Source: an uncultured delta proteobacterium
GTDB lineage: Bacteria > Desulfobacterota > BSN033 > UBA1163
Assembly: GCA_963708295.1 (NCBI GenBank)
Contig: CAVPSJ010000005.1
Span: 32,001 to 96,000, forward strand
DNA: 64,000 nucleotides
Reading direction: 5' to 3'
The notes below the pieces were generated by a model. The model worked only from the letters and a program-made list of their open reading frames with translations. It ran no database searches and was not told the DNA's origin. This document shows positions 1-9,209 of the stretch, piece by piece. A program made the translations under genes and the position numbers. Each line of letters opens with the position of its first letter. Position 1 is the first letter of the stretch.

Positions 1-9
1 ATTCTTGCT

Positions 10-651
10 ATGGCTAAGCGGAGCTCGAGAAAAAGAACCAGTCCGTTTCAGTTTCTTGTCGAAGAGGCCGGGCGGCTCGGGGCGATCGAGGCCAAGATCG
101 TCACGCCGGGCATGGTCGTGGTTGAAGATCGGGTGTTGTTAAAATGTAAAACCGGGTGTAACATGTACGCCCAAAAGTTTGTCTGCCCTCCTCACACCCC
201 GACCCCGCAGGAATTCAGAAAAATTCTGAAGGAGTACAAGGCAATCCTTGTCGCGAAATTTCCGGCAGAGGCAGAAGCCGATGAGAACGTGGGAAGAAGC
301 CTCGTCAAAAACCTGTGTGCACCGGACACGCCTGCCGACCTTCGCATCCGGACAAAAGAGTTTTGGGACACGTGGGGCAGGGACAAGAGGAGTATTCTGC
401 TGACCATGCTTGCGTTGGAGAAAGAAGCCTTCAATCAGGGCTACACCTTGGCGGTCGCCCTGACGGCAGGGTCCTGCGCCCTTTGCGAAAAATGCGACAT
501 GGAAGGACCCTGCGCCCACCCTACGATGGCGCGATATCCAGAACATGCCCTCGGAGTGAATGTGAAGAAAACGCTCAGGAATATAGGCATGTCGATCACA
601 TTTCCCTTCGAGAAGCACCCAGAAGGCATCGGCATGTTGTTAATTGATTAG
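10..651 (+). CDS. DUF2284-type predicted metal-binding protein
   Basis: 213 aa; Cys pattern CxxGCxxY...CPP and GSCxLCxxC...CAHPxxAR...ALGVNV is typical of DUF2284. Confidence 0.8.
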   Translation: MAKRSSRKRTSPFQFLVEEAGRLGAIEAKIVTPGMVVVEDRVLLKCKTGCNMYAQKFVCPPHTPTPQEFRKILKEYKAILVAKFPAEAEADENVGRSLVKNLCAPDTPADLRIRTKEFWDTWGRDKRSILLTMLALEKEAFNQGYTLAVALTAGSCALCEKCDMEGPCAHPTMARYPEHALGVNVKKTLRNIGMSITFPFEKHPEGIGMLLID

Positions 652-663
652 AGAGGCGCAATC

Positions 664-1689
664 ATGATATCGAGAATTTTGGTTCCGTGGGCTCTCCCGG
701 AAGCCGGGAGAGAGATTCTCAGAAAATCGAAACTGCGCATCACTTATCTTCATGGACCGGCCGGAGAATTGCCGACGTTGGAGGAACTGGTCCAGGCGGT
801 AAAAGAGGCGGACGTGGTACTTCCAAGGGGAACTCAACCTGTTCCTCGAGAGGTGTTGGTCGCAAATCCAGCTCTGCGTGGGGTTGCCAACCATGGGGTG
901 GGATACGATAGTGTCGATGTGGGGTCGGCAACAGAGCTCGGGATTCCGGTAACGAACACCCCTGAAATCTTGACGGAGACGACAGCCGATCTCGCCTGGG
1001 GATTGCTGATCGCGACAGCGCGGAGGATTCCCCAAACCCACACCTTTACGGTTTCGGGCAGATTTACAGGACCTGTCGGCCACCCTTTCATGGGAATGGA
1101 CATCAGCCCCGGAGGGTCGAATCGCCCCAAGGTGCTTGGGATTATCGGCTTTGGTAGAATCGGGCGTGCGGTGATGAGGAGGAGCAAAGGCTTCAGGATG
1201 AAGGTCATCGCCTATGATCCTCCCTTGAGAGAAGTGGTTGAGAAGACACGGGGCGTCGAATATCGACAGCTTCACGAGCTTCTCAAAGAAAGCGATTTCG
1301 TCACCCTTCACTGTCCCCTGACAAAGGAGACACGCCATCTCATCGGAAAAAGCGAGCTGGAGCTTATGAAACCCACGGCGGTCCTGATCAACGCGTCTCG
1401 AGGCCCCGTGGTGGATGAGATGGCCCTGGTATCGGCGCTTAAGGAGAAGAAGATCTTCGGGGCCGGGCTCGATGTTTACGAAAAGGAACCGCAGCTGGCA
1501 CCGGGCCTTGCCGGGCTGGAGAATGTGGTCCTCCTGCCTCACATTGGAAGCCTGACCCAGGAGACGCGAAACCAGATGGCCATCCTGGCGGCCAAGAACG
1601 CGGTGGCCATGGCGAAAAAAAAGAAACCACGCAATCTTGTGAATCCCGAGGTTCTGAACCGGCCGGAATATCTCCAGAAGGCCTTCTGA
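664..1689 (+). CDS. D-2-hydroxyacid dehydrogenase (glyoxylate reductase/D-glycerate dehydrogenase family)
   Basis: GVGYD, TNTP, GIIGFGRIG Rossmann motif, INASRGPVVDE, GLDVYEKEP, PHIGS. Confidence 0.9.
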   Translation: MISRILVPWALPEAGREILRKSKLRITYLHGPAGELPTLEELVQAVKEADVVLPRGTQPVPREVLVANPALRGVANHGVGYDSVDVGSATELGIPVTNTPEILTETTADLAWGLLIATARRIPQTHTFTVSGRFTGPVGHPFMGMDISPGGSNRPKVLGIIGFGRIGRAVMRRSKGFRMKVIAYDPPLREVVEKTRGVEYRQLHELLKESDFVTLHCPLTKETRHLIGKSELELMKPTAVLINASRGPVVDEMALVSALKEKKIFGAGLDVYEKEPQLAPGLAGLENVVLLPHIGSLTQETRNQMAILAAKNAVAMAKKKKPRNLVNPEVLNRPEYLQKAF

Positions 1690-2067
1690 AATCGTCTATC
1701 GCAGACCTTCTTTTTGCCCGTGACTAAATTGCCTGATGGTTTCTTTTATGAGCCAACCATTCCGCCTAACTTTCTATTCAAGATCCCAGCCGACAATCCT
1801 CAGTTTCGAGTTCACCCTGGAGGCGAAGCCTTGTTGGCGGAGCCCACGACATTTCTGCCGAGGATTCATCTCTTGAAGAGCGATTCCTGAACCTCCCTTT
1901 AAGCTGGAAGACTTCGATTCCGAAATCAATAAAAATCGGAAAAATTTCGTTTTTAGGGAAATAATACGGGACTTTTGTAGAAACCTCTTTCCTCTTTGGC
2001 TCCCGTCAAAGTATTGGAGTTTGCGAAAGATAAGGTGGTTATGAGAGCTTATGATGATAGCCGAGAC

Positions 2068-2084
2068 TCGGCATCAAAAATGCA
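2068..2084 (+). promoter_or_regulatory. putative sigma54 (-24/-12) promoter
   Basis: TCGGCATCAAAAATGCA gives GG-N10-GC about 75 nt upstream of the small ORF at 2158. Confidence 0.45.
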
Positions 2085-2157
2085 ATGAAAAAGCCCTGCT
2101 AAGGGAAAAGCTTAAGGGTGAACTCAGGTCAAAACAGTATTAACCTTCCATTGGCTT

Positions 2158-2355
2158 ATGTTGGTTTACGAGATATACACATTCAATGAGACAAAAGGCT
2201 ATGAGCTCATCGCGGTTCTCCCGGAGAGAAGAAAGAACCCGGCGAGAATAACAAAGAACTCTGTAATGAATTGGGGGAAAATGCTTTCGGGTGATGACGG
2301 GGATGGCAAGAACATATTCTTCAAGCCCGTCAGAATAGACGCGAACGACCATTAA
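2158..2355 (+). CDS. small hypothetical protein (LxERRK...WxK...IF motif), paralog of 3726-3944
   Basis: 65-aa ORF; aligns by eye with the 3726-3944 product. Confidence 0.65.
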   Translation: MLVYEIYTFNETKGYELIAVLPERRKNPARITKNSVMNWGKMLSGDDGDGKNIFFKPVRIDANDH

Positions 2356-2577
2356 ATGACAGGGTCAGAAATACCTCTACTTTCCTTAGCGCTTCCTTCC
2401 TGAAGTCCTCAAACTGAGATTGCTTATCGCCTTGCCAGATTTCAAACAATAATCCTCGAGAAGATAGTTTTCACAACCGTTTTTAAGACCTTTCCCATAC
2501 TTGACTTATTGAGTAGGAATGAACAAATTTTGAGCGGGAGAAAGATATCTATATCTTAAATAAAAGGAGGGATTAGC

Positions 2578-3270
2578 ATGAAGCCACACAAGTCAGTTCG
2601 TCTAATTTTCGGTATCGTCATTCTTTCGGTTGTTTTTACTCTTGCCTCAACTGCAGGACCTGTCATGGCTGCGGACAAGGAGGAGGCCCAGGGCATCGTC
2701 GACAAGGCCAAGGTCACACTGGAGGAGTTCTTGCGTGACAAGAATTACTCGTGGGTCAATGAGAACATCGACAAGGAAAAAGGGGTTCTCATCTATCCTC
2801 AGGTGCTCAAGGCGGGTTTCATTTTGGGTGGCTCTGGCGGGACTGGTGTGTTCCTCGCGAGGAATGCGAAGGGCGAGTGGAGCCAACCTGCATTTTACAC
2901 CATGGGCTCGGTGAGCTTCGGCCTGCAGATCGGGGGGGAGGCCGCAGAGGTGATCGTGCTGTGCATGAATCAGAAGGCGGTCGACGCGCTGATGACGTCA
3001 AAAGTGAAGTTCGGCGGGGATACGTCGATTGCCCTCGGGCCTGTCGGGGCGGGCGCGAAGTCGAATGTGGTGGCCGACTTCGTCTCCTTTGCAAAGTCCA
3101 AGGGACTCTATGCGGGCCTCAATCTCGATGGCTCCGTCGTGGATGTCAGGGAGGGCCTGAATCAGGCTTACTACGGTAAAAGTCTGACGCCCATCCAGAT
3201 TGTTGTTGATAAAAAGGCAACGAATCCTGGCTCTTCTGCTCTCAGAGCAGCACTGAAGAAAGCGAAGTAA
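2578..3270 (+). CDS. Ysc84/SYLF lipid-binding domain protein, secreted
   Basis: Signal peptide; KAGFILGGSGGTG, SFGLQIG, SKGLYAGLNLDG motifs; GGAGG RBS. Confidence 0.9.
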   Translation: MKPHKSVRLIFGIVILSVVFTLASTAGPVMAADKEEAQGIVDKAKVTLEEFLRDKNYSWVNENIDKEKGVLIYPQVLKAGFILGGSGGTGVFLARNAKGEWSQPAFYTMGSVSFGLQIGGEAAEVIVLCMNQKAVDALMTSKVKFGGDTSIALGPVGAGAKSNVVADFVSFAKSKGLYAGLNLDGSVVDVREGLNQAYYGKSLTPIQIVVDKKATNPGSSALRAALKKAK

Positions 3271-3332
3271 CTGAAACTCCGGATCACCTTTCGCGGTGTT
3301 CCGGGGAGAGCTAAGAATATCTCATCGTCTTC

Positions 3333-3361
3333 AAGGGATTGACCATTTGGTTAATCCCCTT
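3333..3361 (+). terminator. hairpin terminator after the SYLF gene
   Basis: AAGGGATTGACC-ATTT-GGTTAATCCCCTT followed by a T-rich stretch. Confidence 0.55.
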
Positions 3362-3407
3362 ATTTTCCCTGGTAACCGAATAGCGTCCGGTTGCGCGGGT
3401 CCTCTCC

Positions 3408-3707
3408 ATGTTTGAGAAGGATATGATCAACGCTCATGCGGCCAAGGAGGGACTGCTCCAGCTCCTTTCGAGCAAGGAAACACCTGAAGAGATAGTAGGT
3501 AAGGGCCGTTTCCGCCTAGTCTCCGATGCCACCGAGCTCGAAACGCTCATCGACCGGATACTTGCCGTGCATCCGTCCGATGTCGAGGACTTCCGGAAGG
3601 GGAATGCGAAGGTGATGAGATTCGTGATGGGGCTTGCCATGAAGGCATCCCAGGGTAAGGCCAACCCGAAGCTTCTGAAAGAGAATCTCACGAAACGATT
3701 GAATTGA
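3408..3707 (+). pseudogene. GatB/YqeY C-terminal domain only (truncated gatB-like remnant)
   Basis: TPEEIV...VSDATELETLIDRIL...VMGLAMKASQGKANPKLL matches the GatB C-terminus; an in-frame stop lies ~10 codons upstream and there is no catalytic domain. Confidence 0.65.
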
Positions 3708-3725
3708 ATACCTTTTTCCCGGGAG

Positions 3726-3944
3726 CTAAGAATCTTTTTCTTCCTTTAGCTCATCCGGGACAACAAAGATCATGTTCTTATTTTTCACCGTTTGGCCAAA
3801 CATCGATTTTGCCCAGCTTAAACCAGATTCGAGTTTGCTTTTTCCCCTCAGATCCTTCCTTCTCTCTACTAAAATGCCCATGGGATCGCCTTTTTTGAGC
3901 TTTTGATTCTTATAAAGAACTTTATACGTTATCTTCTTGCCCAT
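3726..3944 (-). CDS. small hypothetical protein (LxERRK...WxK...IF motif), paralog of 2158-2355
   Basis: ORF 3726-3956; ATG at 3944 preferred; motif shared with the 2158-2355 product. Confidence 0.65.
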   Translation of the reverse strand: MGKKITYKVLYKNQKLKKGDPMGILVERRKDLRGKSKLESGLSWAKSMFGQTVKNKNMIFVVPDELKEEKDS

Positions 3945-3983
3945 GCCGCCCCCCAATTTATATTATTCCACACTTAGATAAAT

Positions 3984-4000
3984 TGCAATCTCAATGCCAA
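3984..4000 (-). promoter_or_regulatory. putative sigma54 (-24/-12) promoter
   Basis: Minus strand TTGGCATTGAGATTGCA closely matches TGGCA-N6-TTGCA, ~40 nt upstream of the 3944 start. Confidence 0.7.
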
Positions 4001-4368
4001 AAGACCCATGTTTTGCAATTAGCCAAATCTTAAAGGTTCTTCAAAATTGTGAAGCTCTGTGGGAAGCGGAAGGGTAGCATTTTTTGCCTTAAGGTGACCA
4101 TGTTTTGTCCCCATACCCCCAACCGTTGACCTGCGCGTCTTCATCCCCCGGTGGGATGACCCATTGGGTATAGCCTGATTCTTATTCCTTTGGGTTAAGG
4201 AATTTTAATCCAAATTTCATCTCAATTTAATCTTTTCATGGGAGAATGGTGGCTTCTAAGATTTGGAAATCTTGGAAGAGAGAAAAAAGCCATAAACAGA
4301 GAAACCCTTTGTGGTTCATGAACGATATTCGATTAAACAAAGGGAACCGAATTGAGAGGGGTTTTTCA

Positions 4369-4506
4369 ATGGGGAGAAAAGCGGGAAAATATATCAATGT
4401 AGAAATCTTCGATTCACATCAAGCGGTTGACTTAACTCAAATGACAAACCTGGTCGTCCTGGTCTTTTCAATTATTCTTTGCTTCCTCTTATTCCTCGCC
4501 AAGTGA
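4369..4506 (+). CDS. possible small membrane protein (45 aa)
   Basis: GAGAGGGG RBS before ATG; C-terminal hydrophobic helix LVVLVFSIILCFLLFL. Confidence 0.35.
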   Translation: MGRKAGKYINVEIFDSHQAVDLTQMTNLVVLVFSIILCFLLFLAK

Positions 4507-4528
4507 CGAACTGCACCGAGCTATTGCA

Positions 4529-5138
4529 TTAAGGATTGTTGGCCTGACCCACATCCAGCCATTCAGCGAGCATGGATGCGTAACCCGGCTCCAGATGCTG
4601 GCTGGAGTAAAGAAATATTGTTCCGACGGAGGTGATTGTCTGGGCGATGTCTTGATACTCTGCCTGCTCCCCCATTTTTTTTAAACACTCAAAAATCTTT
4701 TCCTGGGTGAGGTCAAAGGGCGATTCCATGAAGATATCGAGAGGGACAGGACGGGGATAGAGCGCCGAGTTTTCGCGGATGACCTCCGCCATCATGAGCA
4801 GAAGGTCTTCTTCTCTCCGGGTCAGGAGAGTCGCATACGCTTCGCTCATGGCAAGAGAGGAATAGTACCGCGAAAGGCCGTCCTTGCCCTTCCTTTCCCG
4901 CAGATCCTCGTTTCTATGAAGCGTCTCTTTAAGGATTGAAACCCGCTTCGGTAAAACCGTCTTCTTCTTTTTCAGATTCAAGAAACCCCCGGTTGAGAAG
5001 TTCTGACAGAATCTCTTCCGTCAATACGAAACGGCCTTCCTTGCTCTTTTCACGGATGATGCTGGTTGCGACAAGAATGGCCGTCTCCCGGCTGGAATCC
5101 TTCTGGTTCAAGGATGTTTCTTTAGTTTCAGGGCACAT
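4529..5138 (-). pseudogene. ydhW: YdhW-like oxidoreductase-system protein, split by a +1 frameshift near 4943
   Basis: Overlapping ORFs 4929-5138 and 4529-4981; YYSSLAMSEAYA, IRENSALYPRP and YASMLAEW motifs; lies downstream of the ydhV-like gene; removing one G from GCGGGTT restores EAVSILKE. Confidence 0.7.
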
Positions 5139-5188
5139 ATGGATTGACTCCCCCCCTCTCCTTCCCCTTACCCCGGTTTAAGAATCGC

Positions 5189-7294
5189 TCAGGACAATAG
5201 CCCTTTCTTGCCCAGCTCTTCTGCCACTTTCGCAAGTCCAAGTCTCTGATAGGTTGAGGCGGGAGGGGCGCCGGTCTCCTTGTCCCAGCCCATCTCTTCG
5301 TAATACATGTCCATTGCCTTTTTGATGTCTTCCTTATCCATGTGAATCGTCCCCTTGGTCAAAGGAGGCTTGCCCGAAGCATCCTTGAAGACCCATGCAG
5401 GAATGGCATCATGCTCCTTCCGCATCTCCTTTGCCCCCATGTCACGAATCGTCAGGGCGCGATGGAGGTTAAATATGCGTTCCCCCGCCTGGTCGAGCTC
5501 CTGCCGGCTCTTCTTATCCCCTGTCGCCAGGCTGTAGAGCATCGATTCGAGGGAGTCGTCACCCCGGTAACCACGTTCCTTCAGAGGCGATGCTACCCAG
5601 GGGCCCATCCAGTTGCAGATCGATAAGGAATCATGAAGTTCTTTCCGGATCACGGACCATTTCGCCATTCTTGCTTTGTAGACATTCATGGGTGTGTAGG
5701 CCCCGATTGCATCCACGGCGTCCGGAGATCCCCAGATCTCAGCAGCCAGACGCTTCTGAACATCGATAGGCAGCCCACTCCGAACGAAGTTGCAGTGAGA
5801 GTGGCACTGGCAGTCGCGGTTGTACTGAGTGTTGATGATGACGCCGCATTGACCGGCATCCTCGTTGGCGTGGTGTTTAGGAAACCCGAGGTGCCAGTAG
5901 ACCAATTCTTTGTCTTCTTTCCATTCCGACTCGGGAATTCCCCAGCGCTCCAGCATGTACCCCGTCCCCAATCCCAGGGCAGTGCCGAGCTCTCCTTCTT
6001 TCTTGGCGATTCTTGGCATCAGCTCGAAAAGGAAGGTCGGATCCCCGTTTTCGTATTTGTCCCAGGAGTAGCTCTTGAATTCTTTCTCGTCCAGCTTCTC
6101 CTTGATCTTGCCCGTATAGTAAAGTTTCATGAAATCCCTCTGGATCTGGCCATAGTTGCACCAGAGTCCGAGGTCATCGGCCACATGCATCCCTACCATG
6201 CAGGACTCGATCACTGTTTCCCCCCGGGGACCATCCGGAAAAGTTTTGAAGAAACTGCGACCAAAGAGGAGCCCTGCGCAGGTATTCTGTCCCATTTCAG
6301 AGATGCCATACTTTGAAGACACGGAAGGGACTTTTACGGTGGTGTGGCATCGAATTGGACATCCGCTGCAACCGTTTCCTCTGACCGTGTACTTCCATGC
6401 CTTCTCTCCTAGATAGAAGGCTGCATTGTTGGTCCGGTAGGCAATCCGGTTGAGATCGTGGGGATCGCAAGAGCCCGTATCGATGCCCGGCTGGGAGGCT
6501 CCCCATTGACGGCCCCTTGAAGCGACCCACCGGGATCCGGCATTGAAGTATTCAGCCCAGGGTTGAGGGCTGTTTGGAACAACATGCTGATTATTGGCGC
6601 CCAGAAGTGAGAGGTGGAGCTTGACCAGCTTCTCCCATTCCCCTTTATCTCCAGCAATGGTAACCTTGCCGGTGCCGCGAACACCGATGGCTTTCAGGTT
6701 CTTCGAACCCATCACTCCGCCGACCCCTCCTGCTGAGTGGGAAACAGAATTCATAACGACGGACATGGGAACCCTATTCTCCCCCGCCTGTCCGATGGCT
6801 GCAACGGAAGCCTCCGGCCCCATGATCTGGCTGATCTCGACGGTGGTACGGCGAATGCCCTGCCCCCAGAGAGACCGAGCATCCTTGATCTCGACCTTTC
6901 CATCCTTGATGGAGAGCCACACCGGACGGTCGGCCTTTCCCTCGATGATGATCGCATCGTATCCGGCATACTTGAGTTCCGCCGCAAAATGGCCGCCCAT
7001 GTGTCCGCTGGCTACCAAAGGTTTTGGATAGCAGGTAGGCCACAGGGTTGTAATGGCCGTTCTGCCGTTACAGGGAGCGCCTGTGCCGGCCAGAGGCCCA
7101 ACCGCGTAGATAATCTTATTGGCCGGGTCGAAAGCTTTTGTTCCTGCCGGAACCTCATCCCAGATCACCTTATAACCGATGCCTGTTCCTCCCAGGAAGT
7201 CCTTGTATTTTTCGATTGTATCTTCCGTTGAAATCCGGCCGGACGACAGGTCGACGCGCAGAACTTTTCCAGCCCATCCGCCATGTCTTGCCAT
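5189..7294 (-). CDS. ydhV: aldehyde:ferredoxin oxidoreductase family protein (YdhV-like)
   Basis: GWAGKVLRVDLS, SGHMGGHFAAELKYAGYD, IGQAGEN, GGVMGSKNLKAI, CSGCPIRC, DDLGLWCNYGQ; 701 aa. Confidence 0.88.
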   Translation of the reverse strand: MARHGGWAGKVLRVDLSSGRISTEDTIEKYKDFLGGTGIGYKVIWDEVPAGTKAFDPANKIIYAVGPLAGTGAPCNGRTAITTLWPTCYPKPLVASGHMGGHFAAELKYAGYDAIIIEGKADRPVWLSIKDGKVEIKDARSLWGQGIRRTTVEISQIMGPEASVAAIGQAGENRVPMSVVMNSVSHSAGGVGGVMGSKNLKAIGVRGTGKVTIAGDKGEWEKLVKLHLSLLGANNQHVVPNSPQPWAEYFNAGSRWVASRGRQWGASQPGIDTGSCDPHDLNRIAYRTNNAAFYLGEKAWKYTVRGNGCSGCPIRCHTTVKVPSVSSKYGISEMGQNTCAGLLFGRSFFKTFPDGPRGETVIESCMVGMHVADDLGLWCNYGQIQRDFMKLYYTGKIKEKLDEKEFKSYSWDKYENGDPTFLFELMPRIAKKEGELGTALGLGTGYMLERWGIPESEWKEDKELVYWHLGFPKHHANEDAGQCGVIINTQYNRDCQCHSHCNFVRSGLPIDVQKRLAAEIWGSPDAVDAIGAYTPMNVYKARMAKWSVIRKELHDSLSICNWMGPWVASPLKERGYRGDDSLESMLYSLATGDKKSRQELDQAGERIFNLHRALTIRDMGAKEMRKEHDAIPAWVFKDASGKPPLTKGTIHMDKEDIKKAMDMYYEEMGWDKETGAPPASTYQRLGLAKVAEELGKKGLLS

Positions 7295-7324
7295 GTTCGT
7301 TCATCTCCTTTCTTAATAACGTCT

Positions 7325-7473
7325 GATTACAACGATTACAGAACGATTACACCGAAATAACCCCTCCCTTCCTCCCCTTAATTTAAGGGGAGGCGAGGCG
7401 GGGTTAATCATCTTAGAAAAGCAGCCAATGTAAGGAAGAATCTCTGTAATCATTTTCGAGAATCTCTGTAATC
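7325..7473. repeat. intergenic palindromic element (GATTACA repeats ... TGTAATC repeats) with a nested palindrome CCTCCCCTTAATTTAAGGGGAGG
   Basis: Three GATTACA copies at 7325-7351, inverted TGTAATC at 7445 and 7467; inner palindrome 7371-7393. Confidence 0.7.
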
Positions 7474-7490
7474 AAGAGAGCGAAGCTCTC

Positions 7491-8222
7491 TCACTGCTTG
7501 TGACACTCAATGCAGGCCGAAGCTTTTTCAGGTGAAATGACGGCAGCGGCAGCCGCACGGACCGGAGATCTATCTGTTAGGTCCGTCCAGGCTGCGTAGG
7601 CAAGGGCGTCTGCGGGACAGGCCTCCACGCACTTCGGTTTTCCATTGCAGAGGAAGCATTTGGTGGCCTTGTTCGTATCCGGGTCGAAAGACATCATCTC
7701 CCAGGGGCAGGCCTTCTGACAGATCTGACAGCCGACACATTTCTTTGAATCCACCATTCTGGCTTTTGTCTTGGGCTCCATGACAATAGCATCGTTCGGA
7801 CAGGCAGTGGCACAGGGAACCGGATGGGGACATTGCTTGCAGAGGTCTTGGACGATAAATCCATTGCCCCAGTTTCCCTGACCCCGCTGCCCGGCGTAGA
7901 CGCCTTTAGGGCCAAAGTTAGCATTCCTCGCGACCTTGATCCGGGCCATGGAAGGCGCTGCTTTCCCGTCGTTGAACTCGGTACAGGCGAGTTCGCACCG
8001 CCGGCACCCCACGCACTTCGTAGGGTCTGCAATGACGATCCCCTCGGCCTTATCGATGATCACCAGGGGCATCTTCTTACCGCCTTTCGCCCCCAGGGCG
8101 GAAATTCCAACAACAGTAACTCCGCTGATTAGGAGGAATTCACGCCGCGAAAAAGGATGGTTCACGTTAATAAAATTCAGAACCTTTTTCAAAATCTCAT
8201 GGTTTTCGCCTTGATGACTCAT
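7491..8222 (-). CDS. ydhY: 4Fe-4S ferredoxin-like subunit (YdhY-like) with Tat-like signal
   Basis: SRREFL twin-Arg motif; CVGCRRCELAC, CKQC..PCATACP, CVGCQICQKACP, KCFLC..PKCVEACP; upstream of the AOR gene. Confidence 0.82.
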   Translation of the reverse strand: MSHQGENHEILKKVLNFINVNHPFSRREFLLISGVTVVGISALGAKGGKKMPLVIIDKAEGIVIADPTKCVGCRRCELACTEFNDGKAAPSMARIKVARNANFGPKGVYAGQRGQGNWGNGFIVQDLCKQCPHPVPCATACPNDAIVMEPKTKARMVDSKKCVGCQICQKACPWEMMSFDPDTNKATKCFLCNGKPKCVEACPADALAYAAWTDLTDRSPVRAAAAAVISPEKASACIECHKQ

Positions 8223-8873
8223 TTTCCTTCTCCTCTAAAATGATTGTTTATCTTTAGAAACCGTTATTCCCGCCCATGTCTGCCGACTACTCAGTCCAGT
8301 CCCGCGTTGCGTTGAGCATCAATGTCGTGGTCTTCTTGGGCTTGATTTCTAAACGACGTGTTTTTCGGTCATTACTTCGGATTTGTTACGACCCTCCAAG
8401 GAGCTATTGAACTCCTCGGAGGTTTCGAATCGGCACCTTCTGGATTTCCCATCTCATTTCTGCCTCCAAAAGGTTGAGGTTAAGTCGAGAAGTTGGCCCT
8501 TATAACCGATTTGCATCGATAAGAAAGTACTAATTCCAACTGAAAAAGTCAACAAGAATTGTCGCTGGCCGCTCTCCATTTATTTATAAACTTCACCTTC
8601 CCATCAGGAACCCCTTACTCCTGGAGCGCCCGTGAGGGAGTCCCTTTGCGAGAGTGGGAAGTGACATCTCCTCCCTTTGGCAAAGGGAGGTCGGGAAGGA
8701 TTTTAAGATGTTTTCCAACGAGGGGAAATTTCTCCTTTTTTTGAAGCCTGCCGAGCCCAGACCGAATATGATTATGGACTGACTAATACGTGGCTTGGGA
8801 TATGGACCAACTCAGGAAGGAAAGGAAATGGATGAGATGAAATCTATTGGACGCTCACGGCTCCCATAGTGCC

Positions 8874-9086
8874 TTATCAGCCACCGCATTGGGGCGCATC
8901 CTGGTTTGATGCTTCTGGTCTCCCAATATCTTTGCTGCCGCAATGAGGGCACTTTAGGTTTCTTTCCTCCGTAGGGCCAAACGGCGCCTCCACTTCGAAA
9001 GTGGCCTTGCACTGGCGGCAGGTGAGTTGCCAAGTGACCAATATTTGTCGTTTATTCTCTTGCGGCATTGCTCTTGACTCCGACAC
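8874..9086 (-). CDS. FmdB-like zinc-ribbon protein, probable C-terminal selenocysteine (CGG-U)
   Basis: CRQC...CPHCGS zinc ribbon; ends TGC GGT GGC TGA TAA with a hairpin just downstream. Confidence 0.6.
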
Positions 9087-9209
9087 ACCTTCTCTTTTTG
9101 TTCTGGTATACAGTTGATTTGGGGCAAAATGAATATAAAATCAAAGCATTTCGGTGTCAACCTTTCGACTTTCCAGCCCATCCCTCGACTTGGCTCCGGA
9201 CGGTTTAAC

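Noticed and set aside
8380-8435. Moco/Wco riboswitch upstream of the ydhY-like gene
   Set aside because: Only one hairpin (CCTCCAAGGAGC...CTCCTCGGAGG) is evident; the other conserved elements are not recognisable.
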